A stretch of 32,000 nt of DNA from Cereibacter sphaeroides 2.4.1 (GCF_000012905.2 NC_007493.2:1290001-1322000), one strand, 5' to 3'. Counted from the stretch's first letter, positions 1 through 8,768 are shown. Notes: a model not told the origin generated them from the letters alone. Program-made: numbers and translations.

Positions 1-78
1 GAGGGCTTTGCCGCCCTGCGCACGATCCTCGCCCGTCGCTTCGCAGGCTTCGGACGCGGCACGGCGCGCGCCCACTGA
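1..78 (+). CDS. 3' end of an unidentified CDS entering from the left edge (...EGFAALRTILARRFAGFGRGTARAH*)
   Basis: Frame +1 is open from base 1 to the TGA at 76-78. About 21 of 25 codons end in G/C, more than in the other frames. It is too short to name a product. Confidence 0.35.
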   Translation, partial: EGFAALRTILARRFAGFGRGTARAH

Positions 79-143
79 GGCAGGCCCTTCGGGGCATGAG
101 CGCACGAGGATAGTCGGCTGAGGCAGTCATTGTCGCAGCATGG

Positions 144-177
144 AAAGGGCTCCGCCGCGTCGGAGCCCTTTTTCTTT
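144..177 (+). terminator. Intrinsic terminator downstream of the left-edge CDS
   Basis: AAAGGGCTCCG (144-154), loop ccgcgt, CGGAGCCCTTT (161-171) form an 11-bp stem. It is followed by TTCTTT. Confidence 0.6.
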
Positions 178-260
178 GGGGCCACCTTCGGGACCCGAGC
201 CTTTTCCCGGCGCGCAGAAGCGGCTAGAGGAGGGGCCGACCCCAACAGCGGAAGCTCCCG

Positions 261-1451
261 ATGACCAGACCCACCGTCCGCCTGCGTCCCAAGGCCGAGG
301 CCCGCGCCCTTCGGCACGGCTTTCCCTGGGTCTATGCCGACGAACTCGTGACCGACCGGCGCACGCAGGCACTCGCGCCCGGCACGCTCGCCGTGCTCGA
401 GGATGCCGAGCGGCGCGCACTGGGCCTCGTGACCGTCAATGTGAGCTCGAAGATCATCGCGCGGATGCTCGACCGCGATCCCGAGGCCGTCATCGACGAA
501 GGCTGGTTCGCCGAACGGCTGACGCGGGCGTTGGCGCTCCGCGAGCGGCTGTTCGACCAGCCCTTCTACCGGCTGGTCCATGCCGAGGCCGACGGGCTGC
601 CCGGCGTCGTGATCGACCGGTTCGGAGAGGCGGCGGTGATTCAGCCCAATGCCGCCTGGGCCGAGACGCATCTGTCCGAACTGGAGGCCGCGCTCGTGCG
701 GGTGACCGGTGTGACGACGGTGGTCAAGAACGGCACCGGCCGGGCGCGGGGCCTGGAGGGGCTGGCCGAGGAGACGGTGGTGCTGCGCGGCGGCCTCAGT
801 GCGCCGGTGCCGGTTCCGATGAACGGCGCGACCTACATGGCGGATCTCACCGGCGGGCAGAAGACGGGGCTCTTCTACGACCAGCGGCCGAACCATGCCT
901 TCGCCGCGCGCCTCGGCCGCGGCGGCTCGGTGCTCGATGTCTTCACCCATGTCGGGGGCTTCGCTCTCGCGGCCCTCGCAGGCGGCGCCGAGCGGGCGCT
1001 CGCGGTCGATGCCTCGGGCCCGGCGCTGGCGCTGGCCGAGGCGGGGGCGAAGCTCGCGGGTCTCGGCGATCGGTTCGAGACCCGGCAGGCCGATGCCTTC
1101 CAGGCGCTCGAGGCGCTGGGAGCCGAGGGGGCCCGCTTCGATCTCGTGATCTGCGACCCTCCCGCCTTCGCCCCCGCGAAGCCCGCGCTCGAAGCGGGGC
1201 TGCGGGCCTACGAACGGCTCGCGCGGCTGGCGGCGCCGCTGGTGGCGCCGGGCGGGTATCTCGTCCTCTGCTCCTGCTCGCATGCGGCCGATCTCTCCGC
1301 CTTCCGCAATGCCTCGGCGCGCGGCATCGGGCGGGGCGGGCGGCGCGGCCAGCTGATCCACACGGGCTTTGCCGGGCCGGACCATCCGATCCTGCCGCAG
1401 CTGGCGGAATCCGGCTATCTCAAGTCGCTCTTCTTCCGGCTCGACGGGTGA
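261..1451 (+). CDS. rlmI: Class I SAM-dependent rRNA (cytosine-C5) methyltransferase, RlmI-like (PUA-like N-terminus plus Rossmann MTase)
   Basis: 396-aa ORF. It carries the SAM-binding stretch VLDVFTHVGGFAL, the motif IV sequence DLVICDPPAF and the catalytic-Cys region VLCSCSH. The size matches RlmI-type enzymes. Confidence 0.8.
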   Translation: MTRPTVRLRPKAEARALRHGFPWVYADELVTDRRTQALAPGTLAVLEDAERRALGLVTVNVSSKIIARMLDRDPEAVIDEGWFAERLTRALALRERLFDQPFYRLVHAEADGLPGVVIDRFGEAAVIQPNAAWAETHLSELEAALVRVTGVTTVVKNGTGRARGLEGLAEETVVLRGGLSAPVPVPMNGATYMADLTGGQKTGLFYDQRPNHAFAARLGRGGSVLDVFTHVGGFALAALAGGAERALAVDASGPALALAEAGAKLAGLGDRFETRQADAFQALEALGAEGARFDLVICDPPAFAPAKPALEAGLRAYERLARLAAPLVAPGGYLVLCSCSHAADLSAFRNASARGIGRGGRRGQLIHTGFAGPDHPILPQLAESGYLKSLFFRLDG

Positions 1452-1990
1452 GGGTCGTCCTCGACGCCTGTGTGCTGTTCCCGACCGTGCTGCGCGAGAT
1501 CCTTCTGGGTTGCGCGGCGCGAGGGCTCTTCGTGCCGCTCTGGTCCGAGCGGATCCTCGAGGAGTGGGCGCGCGCCACCCGCCGCCTCGGGCCGCTGGCC
1601 GAGGTGCAGGCCCGGGGCGACGGTGCCACGATCCGCGCGGCCTTCCCCTCGGCCATGATCCCGCCCCAACCGGGGCTCGAGGCGCGGCTGCATCTGCCCG
1701 ACGAGGCCGACATCCATGTGCTGGCGGTGGCCATCGCCGGCCATGCCGATGCGATCCTGACCTTCAACGCGGCCGACTTTCCGCGCGGCACGCTCAGCGC
1801 CGAAGGGCTGGCCCGGCGCGATCCAGACGGCTTCCTGTGGGAGCTCTGGTCCTTCCACCCCGAGGCGGTGGCCGCGGCGGTGGAAGAGGTGCGCGCCCGC
1901 GCCGAGGCGATCTCGGGCGCGCCGGTTGCGCTGAAGGGGCTTCTGAAGCGCGTGCGGCTGCCGAAGCTCGCCAAGGCCCTGCAGGCCTGA
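1448..1990 (+). CDS. PIN-domain protein (putative ribonuclease), 180 aa, no cognate antitoxin gene
   Basis: This is the C-terminal 180 codons of the 140-1990 ORF. The GTG start at 1448 overlaps the rlmI stop (GTGA). The N-terminus VRVVLDACVLFP, plus later PDEADIHVLAVA and ILTFNAADF, give the acidic residues of a PIN fold. The upstream part of the long ORF is an Arg/Pro-rich shadow of rlmI. Confidence 0.7.
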   Translation: MRVVLDACVLFPTVLREILLGCAARGLFVPLWSERILEEWARATRRLGPLAEVQARGDGATIRAAFPSAMIPPQPGLEARLHLPDEADIHVLAVAIAGHADAILTFNAADFPRGTLSAEGLARRDPDGFLWELWSFHPEAVAAAVEEVRARAEAISGAPVALKGLLKRVRLPKLAKALQA

Positions 1991-2009
1991 CATTTCCACA
2001 GCTTGGCCG

Positions 2010-2038
2010 CCTGTCCTTCGCGCTTCGTGAAAGACAGG
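2010..2038. terminator. Weak bidirectional hairpin between convergent PIN and M48 genes
   Basis: CCTGTC (2010-2015) pairs with GACAGG (2033-2038), with extra T-A pairs. It fills the 50-nt gap between the stops at 1990 and 2041. There is no clear U tract. Confidence 0.35.
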
Positions 2039-2040
2039 GC

Positions 2041-2727
2041 TCACCCCTCGATCCAGCGCGCCTCGCGTTCCTCGATGCGGCGGATGCGCTCATCGGTGAC
2101 GGGATGGCTCATGAGCCAGGCGGGCACGGCCGAGCTGTTCATGCCCGACCAGCGGTGGAGCTTGCGGAACAGCGATTTCTGCGGCTCCGTCCCGATCCCC
2201 GCCTTGACCAAGAGCGCCGAGGCATAGGCGTCCGCCTCGTGCTCGTCGCGCCGCGACAGGCGGGCCGACAGCGCCGAGGTCAGCAGCCGCGCGATCCAGA
2301 TGCCCGCGAAGGGCACGAAGCGGTTCAGCACCGCCCCGAGCATCATCAGCACCGCATTCTGGCCGGTGAAATCGATCATCCGCCGCCGCGAATGGCCGAG
2401 CGCCACATGGCCCAGCTCATGCGCGATGACCGAGGCCAGTTCTTCCGCCGTCACCTCACCCGCGCGATACTTCTTCAGAAACCCGCGGGTGAGGAAGATG
2501 CGCCCGTCGGGGGCGGCAAGGCCATTCACCGGATCCACCTCGAAGACCGAGACCTTCACGGTGGGCAGGTCGAGGGCCGCGGCCATCCGCCGGGCCAAGG
2601 CCAGGATCTCGGGCTCGTCGAGCGGGCGCGACTGGGCGTCAAGCATCCGCTTCGTTCTCCAGACGGAGAACTGGTACATGAGAAACCCGTAGGCGATGGC
2701 GAGAAGCAGCGGCGTCAGCTTGAGCAT
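2041..2727 (-). CDS. M48-family Zn metalloprotease (HtpX/Ste24-like), one N-terminal TM helix
   Basis: 228 aa starting at MLKLTPLLLAIAYGFLMY (ATG at 2727). It has the HEXXH motif as IAHELGHVALGH and a downstream EHEADAY glutamate typical of M48. The longer 2041-3576 ORF upstream part overlaps the VWA gene and is Arg-rich shadow. Confidence 0.85.
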   Translation of the reverse strand: MLKLTPLLLAIAYGFLMYQFSVWRTKRMLDAQSRPLDEPEILALARRMAAALDLPTVKVSVFEVDPVNGLAAPDGRIFLTRGFLKKYRAGEVTAEELASVIAHELGHVALGHSRRRMIDFTGQNAVLMMLGAVLNRFVPFAGIWIARLLTSALSARLSRRDEHEADAYASALLVKAGIGTEPQKSLFRKLHRWSGMNSSAVPAWLMSHPVTDERIRRIEEREARWIEG

Positions 2728-2789
2728 GGGCCCAATATGGAGGCCGCGGGCGGGCAGGGAAAGGGTCCGTCGCCGGCAGGGCGCAGCGA

Positions 2790-3974
2790 TCAGCGCGAGA
2801 GGGTCTTCACCCCGGCCGTGATCCCCTCCAGCGTCATCGGCACCATGCGACCCTCGAAGATCTCGCGGATCAGGCGGATCGACTGGGTATAGCCCCAGTG
2901 CTTCTCGGGCACCGGATTGATCCAGAGCGTCGAGGGCCACTGCGCGCGGGCGCGGCGGAGCCAGACTTCGCCCGCCTCGGCGTTCCAGTGCTCGTTGGCG
3001 CCGCCCGGATGCAGGATCTCGTAGGGGCTCATCGAGGCATCGCCCACAAAGATGCATTTGTAATCCGGCCCGTAGGTGCGGATGACCTGATCGGTCGGGG
3101 TCCGTTCGTCCCAGCGGCGGCGGTTGTCGCGCCACACGCCCTCGTAGAGGCAGTTGTGGAAGTAGAAATGCTCGAAATGCTTGAACTCGGCGCGGGCGGC
3201 CGAGAAAAGCTCCTCGACCACCTTCACATGATCGTCCATCGAGCCGCCGATATCGAGAAAGAGCAGCACCTTGACCGCATTGTGCCGCTCGGGCCGGGTC
3301 TTGACGTCCAGATAGCCGTGCTCGGCCGTGGCGCGGATCGTGCCGTCGAGGTCGAATTCCTGCGCCGCCCCCTCGCGCGCCCAGCGGCGCAGGCGGCGCA
3401 GCGCCACTTTGAGGTTGCGGGTGCCGAGCTCGACCTGATCGTCGAGATTGCGGAACTCGCGCCTGTCCCAGACCTTGACCGCGCGGCGGTGGCGGCTTTC
3501 GTCCTGCCCGATGCGCACGCCTTCCGGGTTGTAGCCATAGGCGCCGAAGGGTGAGGTGCCGGCCGTGCCGATCCACTTGCTACCGCCCTGATGGCGGCCC
3601 TTCTGCTCGGCCAAGCGCTCCTTCAGCGTCTCCATCAGCTTGTCGAACCCGCCGAGGGCCGCGATCTCCGCCCGCTCCTCGGGGCTCAGATGTTTCTCGG
3701 CCAGCTTCTCGAGCCACTCGCGCGGCAGATCCACCGCGGCCAGCACCTCGTCGGCCGTGATCGTCTCGAGCCCGCGGAAGCTCTCGGCGAAGGCGCGATC
3801 GAACCGGTCGAGATGCCGCTCGTCCTTGACCATGGCCGTGCGCGCGAGATGGTAGAAGCCCTCGACGTCCCAGGTCACGAGGCCTGCGGCCATCCCTTCG
3901 AGAAAGCTCAGATATTCCCGGAGCGAGACCGGCACCCCGGTCCGGCGGAGCGTGTCGAAGAAGGGCAGGAACAT
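2790..3974 (-). CDS. VWA domain protein, CoxE-like partner of MoxR ATPases
   Basis: 394-aa ORF. The N-terminus MFLPFFDTLRRTGVPVSLREYLSFLEG is typical of CoxE-type VWA proteins. The VWA core is VLLFLDIGGSMD ... IFVGDASM. A GGGAG Shine-Dalgarno lies 7 nt upstream of the ATG at 3974. Confidence 0.85.
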   Translation of the reverse strand: MFLPFFDTLRRTGVPVSLREYLSFLEGMAAGLVTWDVEGFYHLARTAMVKDERHLDRFDRAFAESFRGLETITADEVLAAVDLPREWLEKLAEKHLSPEERAEIAALGGFDKLMETLKERLAEQKGRHQGGSKWIGTAGTSPFGAYGYNPEGVRIGQDESRHRRAVKVWDRREFRNLDDQVELGTRNLKVALRRLRRWAREGAAQEFDLDGTIRATAEHGYLDVKTRPERHNAVKVLLFLDIGGSMDDHVKVVEELFSAARAEFKHFEHFYFHNCLYEGVWRDNRRRWDERTPTDQVIRTYGPDYKCIFVGDASMSPYEILHPGGANEHWNAEAGEVWLRRARAQWPSTLWINPVPEKHWGYTQSIRLIREIFEGRMVPMTLEGITAGVKTLSR

Positions 3975-3996
3975 CAGCAGCTCCCGCGCCGGACCA

Positions 3997-4161
3997 TCAG
4001 GCCAGCCGCTCGATCAGGATGGTCAGGAACAGGCCCCCCAGCGCGAAGGCGATGGCGAAGGCCGCGCCATACTGGGCCATGTCGAGGCGCTGCCCGCCAT
4101 GGCGGCGCGCGGTGGCCACGCCGAGGATGGCTCCGAGAAGGGCGCCGGCCAGAACGATCAT
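3997..4161 (-). CDS. 54-aa two-helix membrane peptide
   Basis: MIVLAGALLGAILGVATARRHGGQRLDMAQYGAAFAIAFALGGLFLTILIERLA. Its ATG overlaps the upstream stop (ATGA at 4158-4161). It lies 22 nt before the VWA start and has two hydrophobic segments. Confidence 0.55.
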   Translation of the reverse strand: MIVLAGALLGAILGVATARRHGGQRLDMAQYGAAFAIAFALGGLFLTILIERLA

Positions 4162-5558
4162 CCGCTGTCTCCGTTGTCGGTCACGGCCAGGGCGAGCGAT
4201 GGCCGGCTCGGAGTGAGAGCGGCGATCTCGCTCATCCGGCTGCGCACCTCGGCCTCGTCGCCGAAGCCATAGCGCGCCCAGGCGAGGCTGTCGAGGCGCG
4301 ACGCCCGCGCTTCGGCCGCATGACCCGAGAGGCGCAGCGCCTCGGAGCGGATCATGAGGAGCGTGGCGAGCAGCGCGGCATTCTCGGCACGCGAGGCCAC
4401 GGGAATGGCGCGGTTGCAGAGCAGGATCGCCTCGGGCGCCTGACCCGAGGAGAGCGCCAGCGCGGCCATCTGCATGTCGATATGGGCGGTGTGGATCTCG
4501 CCGCCGGGCAGGGTCAGGTAGATCCGAACCGCCTCGATGAAGGCCGCAACGGAGAGATCCATCTCGTCGGCGACCCCGAGGCGGCCGAAGCCGAAGAGGC
4601 TGAAGCCCATCCGCGCATCCTGCCACCCTTCGGCCCGGGCGATCCCGAGGGCGCGCACCGCGGCCGCGTGACGGCGCCGGTCGCTGCCGGTGGGGCCGAG
4701 CGCCTCTTCGATGGCCTCGATCCAGGGGCGCGGCGTCGGATCCTCGGGCGCCGGGGCCGTGGCGCGGCCCCCCTTCGGATTGATCCGCGCGAGCAGCTTC
4801 GGCAGAACGGCCGCGACCTCGGCGCGTGTCATGCCCGAGCGCAGCTCGGGCGCGTAAGTCGCGCGCAGGATCAGCATGTCGAAGCCGGTCAAGACCGTGT
4901 GGAAATTGTCGTCGTTGAACACGCTGTCGGACAGCCGGTAGAGGTCGTTGAGCGGGCCGATGGCCTGGGCCAGCTCCTCGTGCAGGCAGTCGCGCACCTC
5001 CTGCGGGCTCGTGTCGGCCGGGATGAAGATGGCCACCTGCTCGCGCTCTTGCAGCGTGGCCCAGTCGACCTGCGCCTCACGGCGGACGCGGCGGTAGGTC
5101 TCGAACGAGGTCACGCGCGGCACAACGAAACAGGCGGCGGTGGGCACCAGCGCCTGCATCCGCCGCCGCTCGACGAATTCGATGGAGACGGCCGCGGGGC
5201 CCTCGGTCTCGTGGATGTCGATCCGGGCCTCGTGGCGCAGGCGCGTCAGCAGGCGCGCCAGATCGGCCTCGGCGGTGGCGGGAACGGGACCCGTCATCGA
5301 GACGGTGATCGGCCCCTCGAAGCGCGAGAACCGCTCGAGTCTGCGGCCGCTCTCCATCTGGAAGGTGAGTTCGAGGAAGTCGCGCGCGATCTCGGCATTC
5401 GGACGCTGCGGCCGCGTCGCCGCGCTGTCGGAAAACACTTTCATCTGCGGCAGAGGGTCGATCACCAGCCAGTGTGGCCGCTCCATTGCGACTTCGGCCT
5501 CGGGCATCCCGCCACAGGCCGACAGGAACAGGCCCGCCGCGAACAGCCAGTGCCGCAT
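4158..5558 (-). CDS. Lipoprotein, DUF2927-like N-terminal domain plus helical C-terminal half
   Basis: 466 aa from MRHWLFAAGLFLSACGG, a lipobox with Cys at the LSAC position. Its start overlaps the GNAT stop (TGATG). The family assignment is from memory of the DUF2927 sequence pattern and is not verified. Confidence 0.7.
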   Translation of the reverse strand: MRHWLFAAGLFLSACGGMPEAEVAMERPHWLVIDPLPQMKVFSDSAATRPQRPNAEIARDFLELTFQMESGRRLERFSRFEGPITVSMTGPVPATAEADLARLLTRLRHEARIDIHETEGPAAVSIEFVERRRMQALVPTAACFVVPRVTSFETYRRVRREAQVDWATLQEREQVAIFIPADTSPQEVRDCLHEELAQAIGPLNDLYRLSDSVFNDDNFHTVLTGFDMLILRATYAPELRSGMTRAEVAAVLPKLLARINPKGGRATAPAPEDPTPRPWIEAIEEALGPTGSDRRRHAAAVRALGIARAEGWQDARMGFSLFGFGRLGVADEMDLSVAAFIEAVRIYLTLPGGEIHTAHIDMQMAALALSSGQAPEAILLCNRAIPVASRAENAALLATLLMIRSEALRLSGHAAEARASRLDSLAWARYGFGDEAEVRSRMSEIAALTPSRPSLALAVTDNGDSG

Positions 5559-6010
5559 CACAGCACCCGGTTGTAGCGGATGAAGGGCGACTTGCGGGCG
5601 ATCCGGTCGTAGACGGCGCGGGCGCGGGCATTGTTCTCGGCCGTGTGCCAGTAGACGGCGGGCGCGCCTTCGGCATCGGCGGCCCGGTAGACGGCAGAGA
5701 TCAGCGCGGTCGCCACGCCGCGGCCGCGCGCTTCGGGCAGGGTGAACAGGTCCTGCAGGTAGCAGATGTTCTCGATCCTCCAGCAATGCCGGTGGAAGAG
5801 GTAATGGACGAGCCCCACCGCCGCGCCGCCGCGCCAGGCGAGGAGGCCGCGCGGCTCGGACGGCGCACCCGAGGTCAGGCGCGCGAAGGTCGAGGCCAGC
5901 ACCTCTTCGGGCAGCTCGGTCTCGTAAAACCGCAGGTAGGCCTGCCAGACGGGGCGCCAGGCGGCCTCGTCCTCGGGGGTGATGGGGCGCAGGACGAGGT
6001 CTTCGGACAT
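5558..6010 (-). CDS. GNAT family N-acetyltransferase
   Basis: 150 aa from MSEDLVLRPITPEDE. The acetyl-CoA motif A is LPEARGRGVATALISAVY. The longer 5558-6589 ORF upstream part is shadow over moxR. Confidence 0.85.
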   Translation of the reverse strand: MSEDLVLRPITPEDEAAWRPVWQAYLRFYETELPEEVLASTFARLTSGAPSEPRGLLAWRGGAAVGLVHYLFHRHCWRIENICYLQDLFTLPEARGRGVATALISAVYRAADAEGAPAVYWHTAENNARARAVYDRIARKSPFIRYNRVL

Positions 6011-6048
6011 GGAAATCCCGGATTGGAGAAAGGCGAGGGGCGCGGGCC

Positions 6049-6888
<840 letters not shown>

Positions 6889-7020
6889 TTACGCTGCGTC
6901 AGGTTGGGGGAAATTGCTGAGGCAGAATAGCACAGGTTGACTCCGTCGCAAGCTCCGCGACGCAGCTAGTGACAAAGGGTCCCGCTTGCGATAGATGAGC
7001 CGCATTGAAGGGAGCGCCGG

Positions 7021-7497
7021 ATGACTGTGAACCACATTTCGGAGCCTGCCGGCCTGCAACAGAGAGCAGCAGCCATGAAAGCAGAGATCTTTCTGCCTGA
7101 AGATTATCGCCCCGCCGAAAACGAACCTTTCATGAATGAGCGGCAGCTGGAGTATTTCCGCCGCAAACTCCTCAACTGGAAACAGGAACTGCTGGATCAG
7201 AGCGCCGAGACCATCGAGGGGCTTCAGGAATCCGGCCGCAACGTCCCCGACATCGCCGACCGTGCCAGCGAAGAGACGGACCGGGCGCTCGAACTGCGCA
7301 CCCGCGACCGGCAGCGCAAGCTGGTGGCCAAGATCGACGCCGCGCTGCGGCGGATCGAGGCCGGCGAATACGGCTATTGCGAAGTCACGGGCGAGCCCAT
7401 CTCGCTCAAGCGCCTGGATGCGCGGCCGATCGCGACCATGACGCTCGAGGCGCAGGAACGCCACGAGCGCCGCGAGCGCGTGCACCGCGACGAGTAA
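7021..7497 (+). CDS. dksA: RNA polymerase-binding transcription factor DksA (Cys-poor, zinc-finger-less type)
   Basis: 158-aa ORF with the coiled-coil tip motif DIADRAS (DxxDxA). The C-terminal region YGYCEVTGEPISLKRLDARPIATMTLE aligns to the DksA Zn-finger region. A GGGAG lies upstream of the ATG at 7021. An alternative start is the ATG at 7075 (MKAEIF). Confidence 0.9.
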   Translation: MTVNHISEPAGLQQRAAAMKAEIFLPEDYRPAENEPFMNERQLEYFRRKLLNWKQELLDQSAETIEGLQESGRNVPDIADRASEETDRALELRTRDRQRKLVAKIDAALRRIEAGEYGYCEVTGEPISLKRLDARPIATMTLEAQERHERRERVHRDE

Positions 7498-7548
7498 GCG
7501 CATCTGCGCCTCCCGGCTTGCCCTCCGGCCGCCCGGGCGCAAAAACTG

Positions 7549-7573
7549 ACGCCGGACCCGTTCGGTCCGGCGT
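7549..7573 (+). terminator. Hairpin downstream of dksA
   Basis: ACGCCGGACC (7549-7558), loop cgttc, GGTCCGGCGT (7564-7573) form a perfect 10-bp stem. The U tract is weak (TTC). Confidence 0.45.
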
Positions 7574-7592
7574 TCGCATGTGGAGGAACCCG

Positions 7593-8768
7593 ATGAGCCT
7601 GAAGGATTCCGAGGTCACCGTCCTCGGGGCCGGCGTTGCCGGTCTGGCGGTGGCTCGGGCGCTCGCGCTCCGCGGGGCCGAGGTCACAGTGCTCGAGCAG
7701 GCCGAGGCGATCCGCGAAGTGGGCGCGGGCCTGCAGATCTCGCCGAACGGTGCGGCCGTGCTGCGCGCCCTGGGCCTCGGCGACGCGCTCGAGGCGGCCT
7801 CGATGCGCGCGCAGGCGGTGGAGCTGCGCAACGGCGTCGGCGGCGATCTGGTGCTGAAGCTCGATCTCGCGCGGCTCCGGCCCGGGCAGGGCTACCATCT
7901 CATGCACCGCGCCGACCTGATCGACCTTCTGGCCCAAGGCGCGCGCGAGGCGGGCGTGCAGATCCGGCTGCTCCAGAAGATCGAGGCGGTGGATCTGGGC
8001 GGGCCGCGCCCGCGATTGGTTACGGCGCAGGGTGCGGAATATGCGCCGAACCTGCTCATCGGCGCGGACGGGCTGCATTCGCTGGTGCGGGCCGAGCTGA
8101 ACGGGCCGGCGCAGCCCTTCTTCACCAATCAGGTGGCGTGGCGCACGGTGATCCCCGCCACACCGGGCGAGCCGGTGGTGGCCGAGGTGCATATGGGCGA
8201 GGGCCGCCATCTCGTGAGCTACCCCATGCGCGGCGGCACCGTGCGCAATATCGTGGCCGTCGAAGAGCGGAAACGCTGGGTGCAGGAGGGCTGGAACCTG
8301 CGCGACGATCCGGTGGATCTGCGCCTCGCCTTCGCAGGCTTCAACGGCCGGGTGCGCCATTGGCTCGAGCAGGTGCCCGACGTGTGGCTCTGGGGCCTCT
8401 TCCGCCATCCGGTCGCCCACACCTGGTATCGCGGCCATGCGGCCATCCTCGGCGACGCCGCCCATCCGACGCTGCCCTTCCTCGCGCAGGGTGCCAACAT
8501 GGCGCTCGAGGATGCCTGGGTGCTGGCCGAATGTCTCGCGCGGCACTCCAACATCAAGGGCGGGCTCGCCGACTATCAGGCCCGGCGCGTGCCGCGCTGC
8601 TGCCGCGTGGTGCAGGCCGCCAACAACAACGCCTGGGCCTATCACCTGCGCAGCCCGATCCGCGAGATCGCCCATCTGGGCCTGCGCCTCGGCTCGCGCC
8701 TGCTGCCGGGGCCGACGCTGCGGCGCTTCGACTGGCTCTATGGCTACGACGTGACGGCGGCGAGCTAG
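7593..8768 (+). CDS. Class A FAD-dependent monooxygenase (salicylate/3-hydroxybenzoate hydroxylase-like, UbiH family)
   Basis: 391 aa from MSLKDSEVTVLGAGVAGLAVA (GxGxxG). It also has GADGLHSLVR and GDAAHPTLPFLAQGANMALEDA. A GGAGGA Shine-Dalgarno sits at 7583-7588. The upstream part of the 7377 ORF overlaps dksA. Confidence 0.85.
   Translation: MSLKDSEVTVLGAGVAGLAVARALALRGAEVTVLEQAEAIREVGAGLQISPNGAAVLRALGLGDALEAASMRAQAVELRNGVGGDLVLKLDLARLRPGQGYHLMHRADLIDLLAQGAREAGVQIRLLQKIEAVDLGGPRPRLVTAQGAEYAPNLLIGADGLHSLVRAELNGPAQPFFTNQVAWRTVIPATPGEPVVAEVHMGEGRHLVSYPMRGGTVRNIVAVEERKRWVQEGWNLRDDPVDLRLAFAGFNGRVRHWLEQVPDVWLWGLFRHPVAHTWYRGHAAILGDAAHPTLPFLAQGANMALEDAWVLAECLARHSNIKGGLADYQARRVPRCCRVVQAANNNAWAYHLRSPIREIAHLGLRLGSRLLPGPTLRRFDWLYGYDVTAAS

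Noticed and set aside
140-1447. The N-terminal 436 codons of the 616-aa ORF 140-1990 (+)
   Set aside because: It overlaps rlmI in another frame and is Arg/Pro/Gly/Ala-rich with no motifs. Only the last 180 codons (the PIN domain, from the GTG at 1448) look like a real protein.
3591-5576. Long opposite-strand or off-frame ORFs: 3591-5576 +, 7374-8675 -, 7580-9901 +, 10488-12017 -, 13161-14321 +, 14054-15610 +, 15786-17759 +, 17756-18820 +, 18714-19676 +, 20635-22095 -, 21906-23714 +, 24739-25893 -, 24882-26873 +, 26053-27129 -, 29678-30862 -
   Set aside because: These are typical shadow ORFs of a high-GC genome. Their composition is Arg/Gly/Pro/Ala/His-dominated and they have no recognisable domains. 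Each lies opposite or out of frame with a gene that has clear family signatures.
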